DNA of 64,000 nucleotides from Gammaproteobacteria bacterium (GTDB lineage Bacteria; Pseudomonadota; Gammaproteobacteria; UBA6002): NCBI GenBank assembly GCA_013697705.1, contig JACCWJ010000025.1, positions 42,219 to 106,218 of the forward strand, read 5' to 3'. Shown piece by piece: positions 9,508 to 20,091 of this stretch (position 1 is its first letter; each line of letters starts with the position of its first letter). The notes under the pieces were generated by a model. It saw only the letters and a program-made list of their open reading frames with translations, ran no database searches and was not told where the DNA came from. The position numbers and the translations under genes were made by a program.

Positions 9508-10507
9508 AACTTCGTCGATGGGCGATATTATTCATACACTACCCGCGTTGACGGATGCGGCTAGGTCACTTAAAGACATCACTTTCGATTGGGTCGTTGA
9601 AGAAGCTTTTGTCGAAATTCCAAAATGGCATCCCTTAGTTGAAAATATTATTCAGGTTCCATTACGCAGATTCAAAAAACAAAAATTGCACATGATTCAT
9701 AACGGTGAAGTAGCACTTTTTTTCAAACAATTACGTGAACGACAGTATGATAGGGTCATAGATGCTCAAGGCCTTATCAAAAGCGCATTAATTACCCGAT
9801 TTTCGCGTGGACTGCGTTGTGGCCTGGATCGGAAATCAGCTTGGGAACCTTTAGCAAGTCTTGCATATCAAAAAAGACTCCATGTAGATGCTTCACAGCA
9901 TGCCATTACGCGCATGAGGCAAATTTTTAGCCAGGCATTAGATTATCCATTAGTTGACTCCTCTCCCGATTATGGAATAAAAATAAAGACTAACTATTCA
10001 ACCAAGAATGCGCGGTATTTATTGTTTATTCATGGCACCACTTGGGAAACCAAAGAATGGCCGGAGAGCTATTGGATCGCATTAGCCAAAATAGCAAACG
10101 ACAAAAATTATGAAGTATTATTGCCCTGGGGGAATATTAAGGAACAAGAGCGCGCACAACGTATTGCTAAAGCCTCTAATAACGTGAGAGTACTCGAGAA
10201 ATCCTCTCTCACAGAGATTGCGGGTATCCTTCTTTCAGCTGCAGGGACGGTCAGTGTGGATACCGGACTGGGTCATTTAGCGGCGGCATTGAATGTGCCT
10301 ACGGTATCAATATATGGTCCTACAGACCCCAAAGAAACAGGAGCACTAGGTGCTAATCAAAAACACCTCACGGTTAATTTCAAATGCTCGCCCTGCTGGA
10401 GTGAGCGATGTAAGTTTAAAGAGGTGTCATCTGTCGCTCCAGCTTGTTTTGCTTCAATTCCCCCGGAAATGGTATGGAATCAACTAACAAAGGTTATTCA
10501 CGATTGA
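9479..10507 (+). CDS. waaC: ADP-heptose:LPS heptosyltransferase I (GT9)
   Basis: 'MTRILIVKTSSMGDIIHTLPALTDA' is near-identical to the E. coli WaaC N-terminus. The C-terminal 'DTGLGHLAAALNVPTVSIYGPT' motif is present. The alternative start at 9485 (MTRILIV) is likely the real one. Confidence 0.85.
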   Translation: MHMTRILIVKTSSMGDIIHTLPALTDAARSLKDITFDWVVEEAFVEIPKWHPLVENIIQVPLRRFKKQKLHMIHNGEVALFFKQLRERQYDRVIDAQGLIKSALITRFSRGLRCGLDRKSAWEPLASLAYQKRLHVDASQHAITRMRQIFSQALDYPLVDSSPDYGIKIKTNYSTKNARYLLFIHGTTWETKEWPESYWIALAKIANDKNYEVLLPWGNIKEQERAQRIAKASNNVRVLEKSSLTEIAGILLSAAGTVSVDTGLGHLAAALNVPTVSIYGPTDPKETGALGANQKHLTVNFKCSPCWSERCKFKEVSSVAPACFASIPPEMVWNQLTKVIHD

Positions 10508-11328
10508 AAAAATCGGTTTTCACATCAGTCATTATTACTACCTATAATTGGCCCAGTGCATTAGACAAGGTGCTATGCGCATTGAAGGAGCAAACTGATG
10601 CTCAGTTTGAAATAATCGTTGCAGATGATGGTTCCTCAAACGAAACTGCGCGTTGCGTAGACGAAGCCAAGCGTGACCATCCTATCCATATTGAACACAT
10701 CTGGCAGCCGGATACAGGATTCCAAGCAGCTAAGATACGGAATAAAGCTGTTTCTAAGGCAAGGGGAGACTATCTCGTTTTCATAGACGGTGACTGCATA
10801 CCATTACATAATTTTATCCAAAGACACCGCCTGTTAGCCGAACAAAATTGGTTTGTAGCGGGTAATCGTACCCTTTTAAGTGAACAATTCACTCATCGTT
10901 ATCTGTTAAATGATAATCTAGCTTTGCCAACCTCGCTGTATCAATGGTTTCTACTCTGGAAAGATCAGTATTGCAATCGGCTACAACCATTGTTATTTTT
11001 CCCTTTGCTTCCCCGTAAATTTCAAGCGAAAAAATGGCAGGGTGCTAAAACATGTAATCTAGGGGTGTGGCGAAAAGATTTTTTAACTGTAAATGGTTTT
11101 GACGAATCATATCAAGGCTGGGGCTACGAAGATTCCGATTTAGTGATTCGATTAATTAAATCTGGAGTAGGGCGAAAAGACGGGCGCTTTGCAGTACCGG
11201 TAGTGCATCTTTGGCACAAAGAGCAGGGTCGCGCTCACGCAGCAGAAAATTTAATTCGCTGTGAACAACGTCTCACGGACAACGTAATAAAAGCAAATAT
11301 TGGGGTAACTCAATACCTGGAGAATTAG
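10474..11328 (+). CDS. Glycosyltransferase family 2 (LPS core glycosyltransferase)
   Basis: 'SVIITTYNWPSALDKVL…VADDGSSNET…FIDGDC' are the GT2 DXD-type motifs. The start could be the ATG at 10474 or the TTG at 10504, which overlaps the waaC TGA. The ORF-track start of 10444 is probably too far upstream. Confidence 0.7.
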   Translation: MESTNKGYSRLKKSVFTSVIITTYNWPSALDKVLCALKEQTDAQFEIIVADDGSSNETARCVDEAKRDHPIHIEHIWQPDTGFQAAKIRNKAVSKARGDYLVFIDGDCIPLHNFIQRHRLLAEQNWFVAGNRTLLSEQFTHRYLLNDNLALPTSLYQWFLLWKDQYCNRLQPLLFFPLLPRKFQAKKWQGAKTCNLGVWRKDFLTVNGFDESYQGWGYEDSDLVIRLIKSGVGRKDGRFAVPVVHLWHKEQGRAHAAENLIRCEQRLTDNVIKANIGVTQYLEN

Positions 11329-11329
11329 A

Positions 11330-12553
11330 GTGTCTATTTTAATCCATCCTACTACTAGTTTAGAAGTGCCAAAGACTGCAACTCTCTCGAGAGTGGTAAT
11401 TTTATTTGGATTAATGGCTCTCATGCTTTGTGTGCCTCTTCTTAATAAGTGTTTTTGGGCAGCTATATTACTTATTTTAGCTTCGAATTCTTGGTATAAA
11501 GATTGGAAAGTTCTGTTGCAGAAAGAAGTTTTCGTCGTCGCTTTAGTGTTAATTTTATTATTTACTCTAGGGATAACCTACAGTCACGCGAGTTGGAATT
11601 ATGCCTTTCGCTCGTGGGATAAATATCTAAAGATTTTTTATTTATTATTCTTTTTGCCTCTGTTCATTCAAAAAAAGGCACGTACTCAAGCTATTTATTG
11701 CTTAATTATTAGTGTCATGGTCAGTGAGATATTTACTTATTTACACTTTTTCAATCTCCTCGATTTAGGATTTCCTACCAGTAAACATTGGCTTTTTGTA
11801 CAAGATATTGATGCTGGGTTTGTAGTCTCTTTCACCGCCTTCGTCTTAGTCAATTTAGCGGTCGACAACAAACGATGGCGTGCAATTTTTCTAATATGTT
11901 TTCTGATTTGCAGCATTGATGTGTTGATACTTAATCAAGAAAGAACTGGTTACTTAATATACCTAGCACTCGCTGCGTTATTTTTCTTACAACGATTTCG
12001 TTGGAAAGGAGTGTTGGCTGCTATTATTTTACTGCCCTTGTTTTTTGCTAGCCTCTATATAAGCTCGGATCAATTTAACAATCGCACAAATCAGGTCGTC
12101 AGTAATATTCTGGATTATCAAAAAGGCAATCAAAACACCTCCATCGGACTGAGGCTTTCTTTTGCCCAATACAGTTTTAGCGTGATTAAGCATCATTTAT
12201 TAATTGGATCTGGTACAGGGAGTTTTGAGGAAATATATCGCACTCTCAATGGTCCTAAAATAAACAATGAAACCTGGCCGGCTCATCCCCATAATGAATA
12301 CATCTCAATATTATTCCAGTTAGGAGTGGTGGGTTTGAGCATTTTTTTATACTGGATTTACCTGCAAATTCGCTTCAGTTTTTCACTTCCACAAGAAGAA
12401 AAATTTCTGATGCAAGGGCTAGTGCTCGCATTTGTTTTATTAGGTTTTTGTAATGCTTCTTTATTGGTCAATCCAGCCGGTGCTTGTTATGTTTCATTTT
12501 TAGCCATTTTTATGGCCGCCAAATATGAGGGTAAGGGCATTAAATGCGAGTAG
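11330..12553 (+). CDS. O-antigen ligase (WaaL/Wzy_C) family polytopic membrane protein
   Basis: About 10 transmembrane segments. A periplasmic loop carries 'HPHNEYISILFQLGVVG', a Wzy_C-like His-containing motif. It lies inside the core-LPS operon. GTG start. Confidence 0.6.
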   Translation: MSILIHPTTSLEVPKTATLSRVVILFGLMALMLCVPLLNKCFWAAILLILASNSWYKDWKVLLQKEVFVVALVLILLFTLGITYSHASWNYAFRSWDKYLKIFYLLFFLPLFIQKKARTQAIYCLIISVMVSEIFTYLHFFNLLDLGFPTSKHWLFVQDIDAGFVVSFTAFVLVNLAVDNKRWRAIFLICFLICSIDVLILNQERTGYLIYLALAALFFLQRFRWKGVLAAIILLPLFFASLYISSDQFNNRTNQVVSNILDYQKGNQNTSIGLRLSFAQYSFSVIKHHLLIGSGTGSFEEIYRTLNGPKINNETWPAHPHNEYISILFQLGVVGLSIFLYWIYLQIRFSFSLPQEEKFLMQGLVLAFVLLGFCNASLLVNPAGACYVSFLAIFMAAKYEGKGIKCE

Positions 12554-13620
12554 CAATTATTCACCATCAATTCAAGCTTAAAGGCGGGATGGAAACTTAT
12601 CTTTTAAACTTAATAAAAGGTTTTAACGATCAACAAGATCAAGTTTCCATCTATGTTTATAAGCGTAATAAAATACAAGAAGAACCTATCTGTAATGTCA
12701 AGAAAACTAATTTATTTTGGTTGCCACGAACATTACGTAAATATTGGTTTGGTTCACATATACATAAACAAAAAAGAATGCAATTTCATGATTTAAGAGT
12801 GAGTTTAATGCGATCGTTCCATCAAGAAATAATAGTGTGTGGGGGGACTCATCAAGGATTTGTTTTTAATACTCAAAAAAAAATCACTCTGTCAGATAGA
12901 TTAGAAATTGCCTGCGAAAAAAAAAGTTACGCTACTTCATTAATAGTTCTAGCCCATTCTGATCAACTAAAAAAAGAATTGATTGAACTTTACAGCGTTC
13001 CAGCATACAAAATTTTGATGGTTCATCCGCCAATCAACACTGAAAAATTCCATCAAGGCTTCCGTGACCAGAAAAAGCGGCTGCGTAAAAAATTTAATAT
13101 CCATCCAGAAAAAAAGATAATTTTATTTCCTTCTACAGGGCATAGACGAAAAGGATTTTTCTCACTGATCGCTGCATTCAAACAACTCCCTGAAGCAGAA
13201 TTTGAGCTTGTCATTGCGGGGAATAAGCCACACAAAAATTCCTGCGCCAATATCAACTACGTTGGCTTTGCCGAAGATATGGCGTCACTTTATAGTGCGT
13301 GTGATGTTACAATACTTCCCTCCCTCTATGAGCCATTTGGTCTAGCCGTTCCGGAATCATTACAGTGCGGTACTCCCGTAATTATTTCGAAGTTTGTTGG
13401 CGCAAAAGACCTTATAACAGAAGATGAAGGTATCATTTTGGCAGATATTACCCCTGCAACTATTGCCAATGCCATTTTGGAAGCGACGAGTAAGCAATAC
13501 AATATAACTCCTCATTTCGCTGAGCGAAATGGCCTCGCCATCGAGACCCATATCCAAAAACTAAAGCAAACTTTTCGTGACCATTCCATGAAGACTGCCG
13601 ACCGAAAGGAAGCGACATGA
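12544..13620 (+). CDS. Glycosyltransferase family 1 (GT4-type)
   Basis: 'EPFGLAVPESLQCGTPVI' is the E-X7-E GT1 signature. Its start overlaps the previous gene and its stop overlaps the next ATG. Confidence 0.75.
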   Translation: MRVAIIHHQFKLKGGMETYLLNLIKGFNDQQDQVSIYVYKRNKIQEEPICNVKKTNLFWLPRTLRKYWFGSHIHKQKRMQFHDLRVSLMRSFHQEIIVCGGTHQGFVFNTQKKITLSDRLEIACEKKSYATSLIVLAHSDQLKKELIELYSVPAYKILMVHPPINTEKFHQGFRDQKKRLRKKFNIHPEKKIILFPSTGHRRKGFFSLIAAFKQLPEAEFELVIAGNKPHKNSCANINYVGFAEDMASLYSACDVTILPSLYEPFGLAVPESLQCGTPVIISKFVGAKDLITEDEGIILADITPATIANAILEATSKQYNITPHFAERNGLAIETHIQKLKQTFRDHSMKTADRKEAT

Positions 13621-14552
13621 AGAAGAAAAAACGTGTTGATAAATTATTTGAGGGTTCGATTGATAAAAATGCATCGATAGCCTTCATATGTTCTTTCTGC
13701 TTAGGCGATACCTTGATGAGTTTGGTGACCGCGAATAATTTTGTGCGCAATGGCTATACAATTGAAGTCTTTGGGGATTATGCGTATGCCCTCAGAGATT
13801 GGTTCCCACAATTTAAAATATCACCGCTTATTTCAGTGGACCAACAACAGATACTACAAGAATATAAATATGTACTTCATATGTACGAATCCCCCCTTTC
13901 CAAGTCGGTATCTGAGTGGCATCCCGGTTCACTCACTTTGTCAGACTCGATCTATTATCTGGCTGATATGACAATGACTGATATTCAAGTAACGCTGTGT
14001 AGAGAAGAATTTAACCTAAAAGATTTGCAACGTGTTAATAACATACAAGCATTGCCCGATTTGATACACCGAGCGAATCCGTCACGTTTAATATTCCATC
14101 CCACCAGTTCTTTGCTTCGTAAAAATTGGCCAGCAAGAAAGTTTTTGAATTTAGCAAAACAATGTCAGAAAGAAGGATTTGAAAATTATTTTATTGTTTC
14201 ACCTAAAGAAAGAAGTGATTGGTTGTGGTTAGAACAAGAAGGAATATATCTGCCTACCTTTGAATCATTAAGTGAAGTGGCGAAGTTTATTTTTGAGTCT
14301 GGTTATTTTATTGGTAATGATTCAGGTATAGGTCATTTAGCATCAAACCTAGGTATCCCCACCGTGTCTATTATTTTACGAAAAGGGGTGGCTAAACAGT
14401 GGCGTCCAACCTGGGCACCCGGGAAAGTAGTATTATCGCCTAACTGGTTAAATCCAAGACCCATAAAAGAAAAGCTATGGAAAATGTTTACGCGTGTTGA
14501 TACTGTAAAGAAGGCTTTTGATGGCTTAAGACGAGAAATGGATGTTAGTTAG
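13617..14552 (+). CDS. Glycosyltransferase family 9 (heptosyltransferase-like, third GT9 paralogue)
   Basis: C-terminal 'GNDSGIGHLASNLGIPTVSI' is a GT9 nucleotide-sugar-binding motif paralogous to those in waaF/waaC. 311 aa. Confidence 0.65.
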   Translation: MKKKKRVDKLFEGSIDKNASIAFICSFCLGDTLMSLVTANNFVRNGYTIEVFGDYAYALRDWFPQFKISPLISVDQQQILQEYKYVLHMYESPLSKSVSEWHPGSLTLSDSIYYLADMTMTDIQVTLCREEFNLKDLQRVNNIQALPDLIHRANPSRLIFHPTSSLLRKNWPARKFLNLAKQCQKEGFENYFIVSPKERSDWLWLEQEGIYLPTFESLSEVAKFIFESGYFIGNDSGIGHLASNLGIPTVSIILRKGVAKQWRPTWAPGKVVLSPNWLNPRPIKEKLWKMFTRVDTVKKAFDGLRREMDVS

Positions 14553-15321
14553 CATGCGGGGCAGGGTAAAAAAAATAATTGCCAATACTTCACATTATGT
14601 GTACCAAAAAAACTTCTATTCTGAATTTATGGGTGACCAAAATTTTTATACACAGCAGTTACAAATAGTATTGCCTCAACTAAATTTAGATCTGGCTAAG
14701 GTGGCTCTTTTTTTTAAAAATAGCCGTGGCGATACTTCCACTGTGGCACTTGTGCAGATGGGCCACGATTCCTATGTCATAAAACGTTATAACATTAAAA
14801 ATTTTTTTCATGGGTTAAAAATACAGTTTCGCCGAAGTCATGGTTATCGTTCGTTTTGCTACGCTCATTTTTTGAAAAATAAAAATGTGCTAACTATTAA
14901 GCCGGTGGCTGTTATGCAGAAAAAATGGGGAATATTTAAATTCGAATCCTATTTTATTAGTCGATATGAAGAAGGTATGCGTGGCTGTCAATATTTCAAC
15001 GATGCGTCTGGATGTCAAACAACTTGGACTGAAACGATTGATGCAATAGTGGAATTAATTAAAACGATGCATGCTAACTCAATCTATCATGGTGATTTCC
15101 ATTTCGGCAACATGGTGATCAACAACAATAAGCCGATACTGTTAGACTTTGATCGTATTAAAATAGTGAAAAACCGCAATAGATTTGCCAAATTACATAG
15201 AAAAGATTTGAATAATTTTCTGCGTTATTTAATAAGAAACCCACTCGCTAATATGGCATTTCAAAGTCATGTAGGGTGGCAAGATTATTTAGGAGCTCTT
15301 GCTGTTATCCGCCGAGGATAA
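14542..15321 (+). CDS. Lipopolysaccharide kinase (WaaP/KdkA/InaA family)
   Basis: 'IYHGDFHFGNMVI…ILLDFDR' is the HGDxxxxN catalytic loop plus DFD motif of LPS and eukaryotic-like kinases. It sits in the LPS operon. Confidence 0.6.
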   Translation: MLVSMRGRVKKIIANTSHYVYQKNFYSEFMGDQNFYTQQLQIVLPQLNLDLAKVALFFKNSRGDTSTVALVQMGHDSYVIKRYNIKNFFHGLKIQFRRSHGYRSFCYAHFLKNKNVLTIKPVAVMQKKWGIFKFESYFISRYEEGMRGCQYFNDASGCQTTWTETIDAIVELIKTMHANSIYHGDFHFGNMVINNNKPILLDFDRIKIVKNRNRFAKLHRKDLNNFLRYLIRNPLANMAFQSHVGWQDYLGALAVIRRG

Positions 15322-16086
15322 CTCATCATGTAACAACATTATCTTCAGATAACGGTAGTAACATCCTTCAGCATTGGAAATTGCCAACATAAATCCTTTG
15401 CGGCCATCGAGAAAACCTAGCCTTAAAAAATAACCTCTAAAAAACGTCCACCCGCCACGCACAATGGCTTTGAGAAGCCCGCTTCTTTTGCCTTCTGCAA
15501 ATTTATAGGTCGCACTCAAGGTAGAGTAGTCATTAATTTTATGGAGAACTTCTTCAAAGTTGGAGAATGAATTATGTAAAAGGGGGCCTTGCAACTTCCC
15601 AACGGTTCCATCAACAATAAGCGCTTCGTGTACCGGCAATTCTTTAAATATAGCTTTGTCTTTTTTGAAAAGACGCACACAGCTATCCTTTCTCCAATCA
15701 CCAAAAGCCATGAATTGATTGCAATATTTAGATTTTCTAGGAATGCGGTAGGCAGAATGAAGCGACTCATTTTTTATTAGTGTGGTAATTTCTTGGCGCA
15801 AGGCACTACTTACAATTTCATCGGCATCGATTGCTAATACCCACGCAGAGGTACATTTTTGCAACGCTCTATTTTTTTGAATACCAAAACCTGGCCAATC
15901 AACTTGGTGTACATTGTCGGTGTATTGTTGACAAAGGCTCACGGTTTCATCCGTACTCCCGGAGTCTAGAACTATAATTTCATTTGCAAATTTCACTGAA
16001 TCTAAACAGCTGAGAATATTATCTGCTTCATTTTTAGTGATAATTATAACGCTTAGTGAACTCATAAAGGTTGCCAAACCCGCCAT
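15289..16086 (-). CDS. Glycosyltransferase family 2, WaaE/KdtX-like LPS core glucosyltransferase
   Basis: 'LSVIIITKNEADNILSCLDSVKFANEIIVLDSGSTDET' is the classic WaaE/KdtX N-terminus. It is convergent with the plus-strand LPS genes and overlaps the kinase by 33 nt. Confidence 0.7.
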   Translation of the reverse strand: MAGLATFMSSLSVIIITKNEADNILSCLDSVKFANEIIVLDSGSTDETVSLCQQYTDNVHQVDWPGFGIQKNRALQKCTSAWVLAIDADEIVSSALRQEITTLIKNESLHSAYRIPRKSKYCNQFMAFGDWRKDSCVRLFKKDKAIFKELPVHEALIVDGTVGKLQGPLLHNSFSNFEEVLHKINDYSTLSATYKFAEGKRSGLLKAIVRGGWTFFRGYFLRLGFLDGRKGFMLAISNAEGCYYRYLKIMLLHDELSSADNSKSS

Positions 16087-16129
16087 TTACTGTAATCTTA
16101 ATCCCCAAAAATAACATCGCGGGAAACAA

Positions 16130-17560
16130 ATGACAATAAAGATTCCTAAGTACGAAGACATCACTATTTTAGTGGTGGGCGATATCATGTTGGATAGATA
16201 TTGGCATGGAGCTACAAACCGTATTTCCCCGGAAGCTCCGGTACCCGTTGTGCATGTGCAAAATATCGAGGAAAGACCCGGTGGAGCAGCAAATGTCGCT
16301 TTAAATTTAAAAAGCCTGGGTTGCAAAGTTAAATTACTGGGCATCATAGGTAATGACTCTGCGGGGAATTCTCTGGAGGTAGCTTTATCGAATGCAGGCA
16401 TTGATTGCCATTTACAGCGTGTCCCAGAGCTACCTACGATCACCAAACTCCGCGTTATTGGTCGCAATCAACAGCTCATCCGATTAGATTTCGAGCAAGA
16501 GTTTCATTATGTTGAAAAAGATAGTTTAAACAAAGCATTTCAAGGCTTCCTTGCAGAAGTAGATGCGGTTATTTTTTCAGATTACGGTAAGGGAACGTTA
16601 GTCGCTGTGGCCAATATGATTCAAGCAGCGCGCAGAGCAAAGAAATTTATCTTCGTCGACCCCAAGAGCACCGATTTCACTTGCTACCAAAATGCCACCC
16701 TCATTACGCCTAATTTAAAGGAATTCCAGCAAGTTGTGGGCCATTGTCACTCCGAAGCAGAGATAGTAAAAAAAGCTCAACTACTCATTAACCAGCATAA
16801 TCTTGAAGGGCTGTTAGTCACTCGAGGAGAGGACGGCATGTCTCTGATATTAAAGGATGCCCTGCCTGTTCATTTACGAGCTCATGCCAGAGAAGTCTAT
16901 GACGTCAGTGGCGCAGGAGACACTGTTATTTCGGTGCTTGCCGCAAGTATAGCGTCGGGGTGCGACTTTGAAACATCGAGTATTCTTGCAAACCTAGCAG
17001 CAGGTATTGTGGTTAAAAAATTGGGCGTGGCCACGGTATCAATCCCAGAGCTGCGTAGAACATTACAACGTAAACATGGTAGCGATTCAGGAATTCTGCA
17101 TGAAGATGATCTGATTATTGCTATCGAGGATGCTCGAGCACATGGTGAAAAAATTGTCATGACCAATGGCTGTTTTGATGTGTTGCATGCAGGGCATATT
17201 ACTTATTTAGAAGAAGCACGTAGTTTGGGTAATAGACTAATTGTGGCTATTAACGATGATAACTCTGTTAAACAATTAAAAGGCAATAATAGACCGATTA
17301 ATACGCTGCAAGATCGCATGATATTAATATCGGCCCTACGTTGTGTCGACTGGGTGGTTTCGTTCTCTGAAGATACGCCGGAAAGACTCATTACGCGTGT
17401 GTTACCCGATATATTAGTCAAGGGAGGTGATTACAGTATCCCTGATATAGCAGGTAGTAAACAGGTGCTAGAAAATGGTGGCGAAGTGAAAATTTTAAGT
17501 TTTGTTGAAGGTTACTCATCAACTGCTACCATAAAACGTATGGAGGAATCGATATGCTAG
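16130..17560 (+). CDS. hldE: Bifunctional D-beta-D-heptose 7-phosphate kinase / D-beta-D-heptose 1-phosphate adenylyltransferase
   Basis: N-terminal PfkB/ribokinase domain carries the 'DVSGAGDTV' motif. The C-terminal cytidylyltransferase domain carries '[20 protein letters not shown]'. 476 aa. Confidence 0.9.
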   Translation: MTIKIPKYEDITILVVGDIMLDRYWHGATNRISPEAPVPVVHVQNIEERPGGAANVALNLKSLGCKVKLLGIIGNDSAGNSLEVALSNAGIDCHLQRVPELPTITKLRVIGRNQQLIRLDFEQEFHYVEKDSLNKAFQGFLAEVDAVIFSDYGKGTLVAVANMIQAARRAKKFIFVDPKSTDFTCYQNATLITPNLKEFQQVVGHCHSEAEIVKKAQLLINQHNLEGLLVTRGEDGMSLILKDALPVHLRAHAREVYDVSGAGDTVISVLAASIASGCDFETSSILANLAAGIVVKKLGVATVSIPELRRTLQRKHGSDSGILHEDDLIIAIEDARAHGEKIVMTNGCFDVLHAGHITYLEEARSLGNRLIVAINDDNSVKQLKGNNRPINTLQDRMILISALRCVDWVVSFSEDTPERLITRVLPDILVKGGDYSIPDIAGSKQVLENGGEVKILSFVEGYSSTATIKRMEESIC

Positions 17561-18495
17561 TAGTGACGGGAGGCGCAGGTTTTATTGGCAGTAATTTGGT
17601 GAAAAGTCTTAATAAGCGCGGTTATAGTGATGTGTTAGTGGTTGATGACTTGACTGATGGAATCAAATTCAAAAATCTCGTCGATTGTGAAATTACAGAT
17701 TATCTAGATAAAGATAACTTTCTTACTAAATTACAAAATCAAAATTTTATTTCTAACATCGAAGCTATCTTTCATCAGGGGGCCTGTTCAACGACGACAG
17801 AATGGAACGGTCGTTTCATGATGGAAAACAACTATGAATATTCTAAAACACTTCTTCATGCCTGTTTGGATGCCAAAATCCCTTTAATTTATGCTTCAAG
17901 TGCCGCTGTATACGGTTTAACAAAAACATTTAAAGAGTTGCCTGAATATGAATCGCCACTCAATGTGTATGGCTATTCCAAACTTCAGTTTGATCGTTAT
18001 GTGCGTCGCTTTTTAAATCAAGGTAATAGCCAGATAGTTGGCTTGCGCTATTTCAATGTTTTTGGTGCAGGAGAGGATCACAAAGGCAGCATGGCGAGTG
18101 TCATCTTTCATTTTTATCATCAGCTTAAATCGAGCGGTACCCTAAAATTATTTGAAGGCTGTGAAGGTTATGAGAATGGCGAGCAGCGTAGAGATTTTTT
18201 GTATGTTGATGATGTTACAACCGCCAACCTATGGTTTCTAGATAATGAGCAGGCAAGTGGTATTTTCAATTTAGGAACAGGTACAAGTAGAAGTTTCAAT
18301 GATGTAGCAAATGCTGTGCTCGATTATTTTGGAAAAGGTAACATTGAATACATACCTTTTCCGAATCATTTGAAGGGACATTATCAAAGTTTTACCGAAG
18401 CCGATATTAGTTTGTTACGTCAAGCAGGTTACCAACATCCTTTCTCAAGTCTGGAATCGGCAGTTAAAAATTATCTGCTGCAGCTAGATCGCTAG
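17554..18495 (+). CDS. hldD: ADP-L-glycero-D-manno-heptose 6-epimerase
   Basis: '[20 protein letters not shown]' Rossmann fold with the YxxxK catalytic region. 313 aa. Its start overlaps the hldE stop. Confidence 0.9.
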   Translation: MLVVTGGAGFIGSNLVKSLNKRGYSDVLVVDDLTDGIKFKNLVDCEITDYLDKDNFLTKLQNQNFISNIEAIFHQGACSTTTEWNGRFMMENNYEYSKTLLHACLDAKIPLIYASSAAVYGLTKTFKELPEYESPLNVYGYSKLQFDRYVRRFLNQGNSQIVGLRYFNVFGAGEDHKGSMASVIFHFYHQLKSSGTLKLFEGCEGYENGEQRRDFLYVDDVTTANLWFLDNEQASGIFNLGTGTSRSFNDVANAVLDYFGKGNIEYIPFPNHLKGHYQSFTEADISLLRQAGYQHPFSSLESAVKNYLLQLDR

Positions 18496-18498
18496 CCG

Positions 18499-19686
18499 TT
18501 AAGGATTTCTGCTTTTTTCTTCAGCTTTCGCTCTTTCTTTCGCTTGATTGAGGCGGTCTGCTTGAACCTTCTGCTGATCCGCGGGTACTTGACCGGTGCT
18601 TTGGGTCGAAGTCCCTTGGTCGGCATTAGTTTTCATAAGCTGATTGATATTATCTTGAACTTGTTTTTCGGAGATTGCTAACAATTGTTTTGAAGCTTGA
18701 ATATTGCTCAATTGGTTAATGGTCATTAATGCAATCATCCGCTCATTATCTTGATGCAGCCTATGTACTTGAGCTTGTAATTCTGCTAACACGAATAACA
18801 TTTCTCGCTGCACATTGGTTTCAGAAGCGGTGGACATTTGTGTATACCAAGTGGGAGAGGAGGCTCGCCAGGTGGCATTATAATTTTCAATTTGAGCAAC
18901 GCTGGGATTCGCAACACCCAAACCGGTATCCCCTGCTTGTATTGTGCTGATAGGTAACCTTCGTTGATACATCCAATATAAATTATTAAGTATCACCGAT
19001 TGTTGTGCTAATACTTGTCGTCGTTGAACTTGGAATGACTGGTAATTGGCCGAGTTTTGAATATCTAATTTTTGTTTCGAACTGAGTTGTGATTCCGGAA
19101 AACTATTAAGATTAAAAGTGGAAACCGGAGTGGCATACCCTGACATAAAATGAATAAAATTCAATGCGATGTTTTGTGAATTTTGGTCACTATAAGAGAG
19201 GGGACCAATTAAAGAGGTAAAGTTGAAATTTTCATTACCTTGAATGAGTGCTTTTTGCATATTGGACTGTACGGAGGAGGAGTAAAAAGGAACGGGTATT
19301 CCTCCCAGGGTGATACTAGGCACCACGGTATCACTTGCTTGAATGGCAGCCAGCTTAGTTAAATTTAATCCTAGGTTTTGGGTTTGAGGATCTAAACCCG
19401 CTAATATATCTTGATCATTCAATGCCTTCACATTTGTCACAACCGTCGGAATTGCGGTTTTATGTAACGTATTATTTGTGACTACTTCGTTGCCTATATT
19501 TGAAGGAGTTTGAAAAATATAGGTAGCAGCGGTATTTACCATACCGTCAAGACTCGCTCGAATTGCATTCAGTGCCTTGATAATATCACCCGGGCTTTGA
19601 GCATTAGCGGACTGATAAGAGAGGCTAAAGACAGCGATTACAAAAACAGCGATGCTTTGTTTCAAATAAGAAAATGTTATTTTCAT
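18499..19686 (-). CDS. icmX: Dot/Icm T4BSS periplasmic/secreted component IcmX
   Basis: Sec signal peptide 'MKITFSYLKQSIAVFVIAVFSLSYQSANA'. It is the last gene of the icmW-(ORF)-icmX transcription unit, divergent from icmV-dotA. An AGGA ribosome-binding site lies 7 nt upstream. I did not verify homology. Confidence 0.6.
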   Translation of the reverse strand: MKITFSYLKQSIAVFVIAVFSLSYQSANAQSPGDIIKALNAIRASLDGMVNTAATYIFQTPSNIGNEVVTNNTLHKTAIPTVVTNVKALNDQDILAGLDPQTQNLGLNLTKLAAIQASDTVVPSITLGGIPVPFYSSSVQSNMQKALIQGNENFNFTSLIGPLSYSDQNSQNIALNFIHFMSGYATPVSTFNLNSFPESQLSSKQKLDIQNSANYQSFQVQRRQVLAQQSVILNNLYWMYQRRLPISTIQAGDTGLGVANPSVAQIENYNATWRASSPTWYTQMSTASETNVQREMLFVLAELQAQVHRLHQDNERMIALMTINQLSNIQASKQLLAISEKQVQDNINQLMKTNADQGTSTQSTGQVPADQQKVQADRLNQAKERAKAEEKSRNP

Positions 19687-19701
19687 GCGAAAGTTCCTGG
19701 C

Positions 19702-20091
19702 TTAATAATATTTAATTCCACCTTGATTTTGTGGCGCTGGATTAGGCGTCTGCGATATAGGTGGTGGGGGTGGGGTAACTATCGCTGGGGGGGGCGGTGA
19801 TACTCTAGGCGCAGGTGTTGTATTGACACCTCCTCCCTGACTTCCTCCCGTAGATCCAGCTGCACCACTATTTAATTCTTGACTGACAAAATTGGAATAA
19901 ACTTGAAACATTTTTGTTATTTGATTCCCTTCTTCCTTGTTGATAACTGATTGAACGCAACTTGCTTTTGAGTTACCCGTATTAGAGGAGCCTCCTCTCA
20001 AGCAGTCTTGCACATCGGTATAAACATCGGCATACGAGGGCATAACTATCATCATTAATAATATGGCAATTAACTTCTTAGCCATGCTCAT
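19702..20091 (-). CDS. Small secreted proline-rich protein encoded between icmW and icmX
   Basis: ORF with signal peptide 'MAKKLIAILLMMIVMPSYA' and two Cys in the mature N-terminus. The C-terminal half reads 'PAPRVSPPPPAIVTPPPPPISQTPNPAPQNQGGIKYY'. It overlaps the icmW stop and ends 15 nt before the icmX ATG, in the same frame, separated by a single TAA. The exact start (M9 or M11 of the track ORF) is uncertain. Confidence 0.45.
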   Translation of the reverse strand: MSMAKKLIAILLMMIVMPSYADVYTDVQDCLRGGSSNTGNSKASCVQSVINKEEGNQITKMFQVYSNFVSQELNSGAAGSTGGSQGGGVNTTPAPRVSPPPPAIVTPPPPPISQTPNPAPQNQGGIKYY

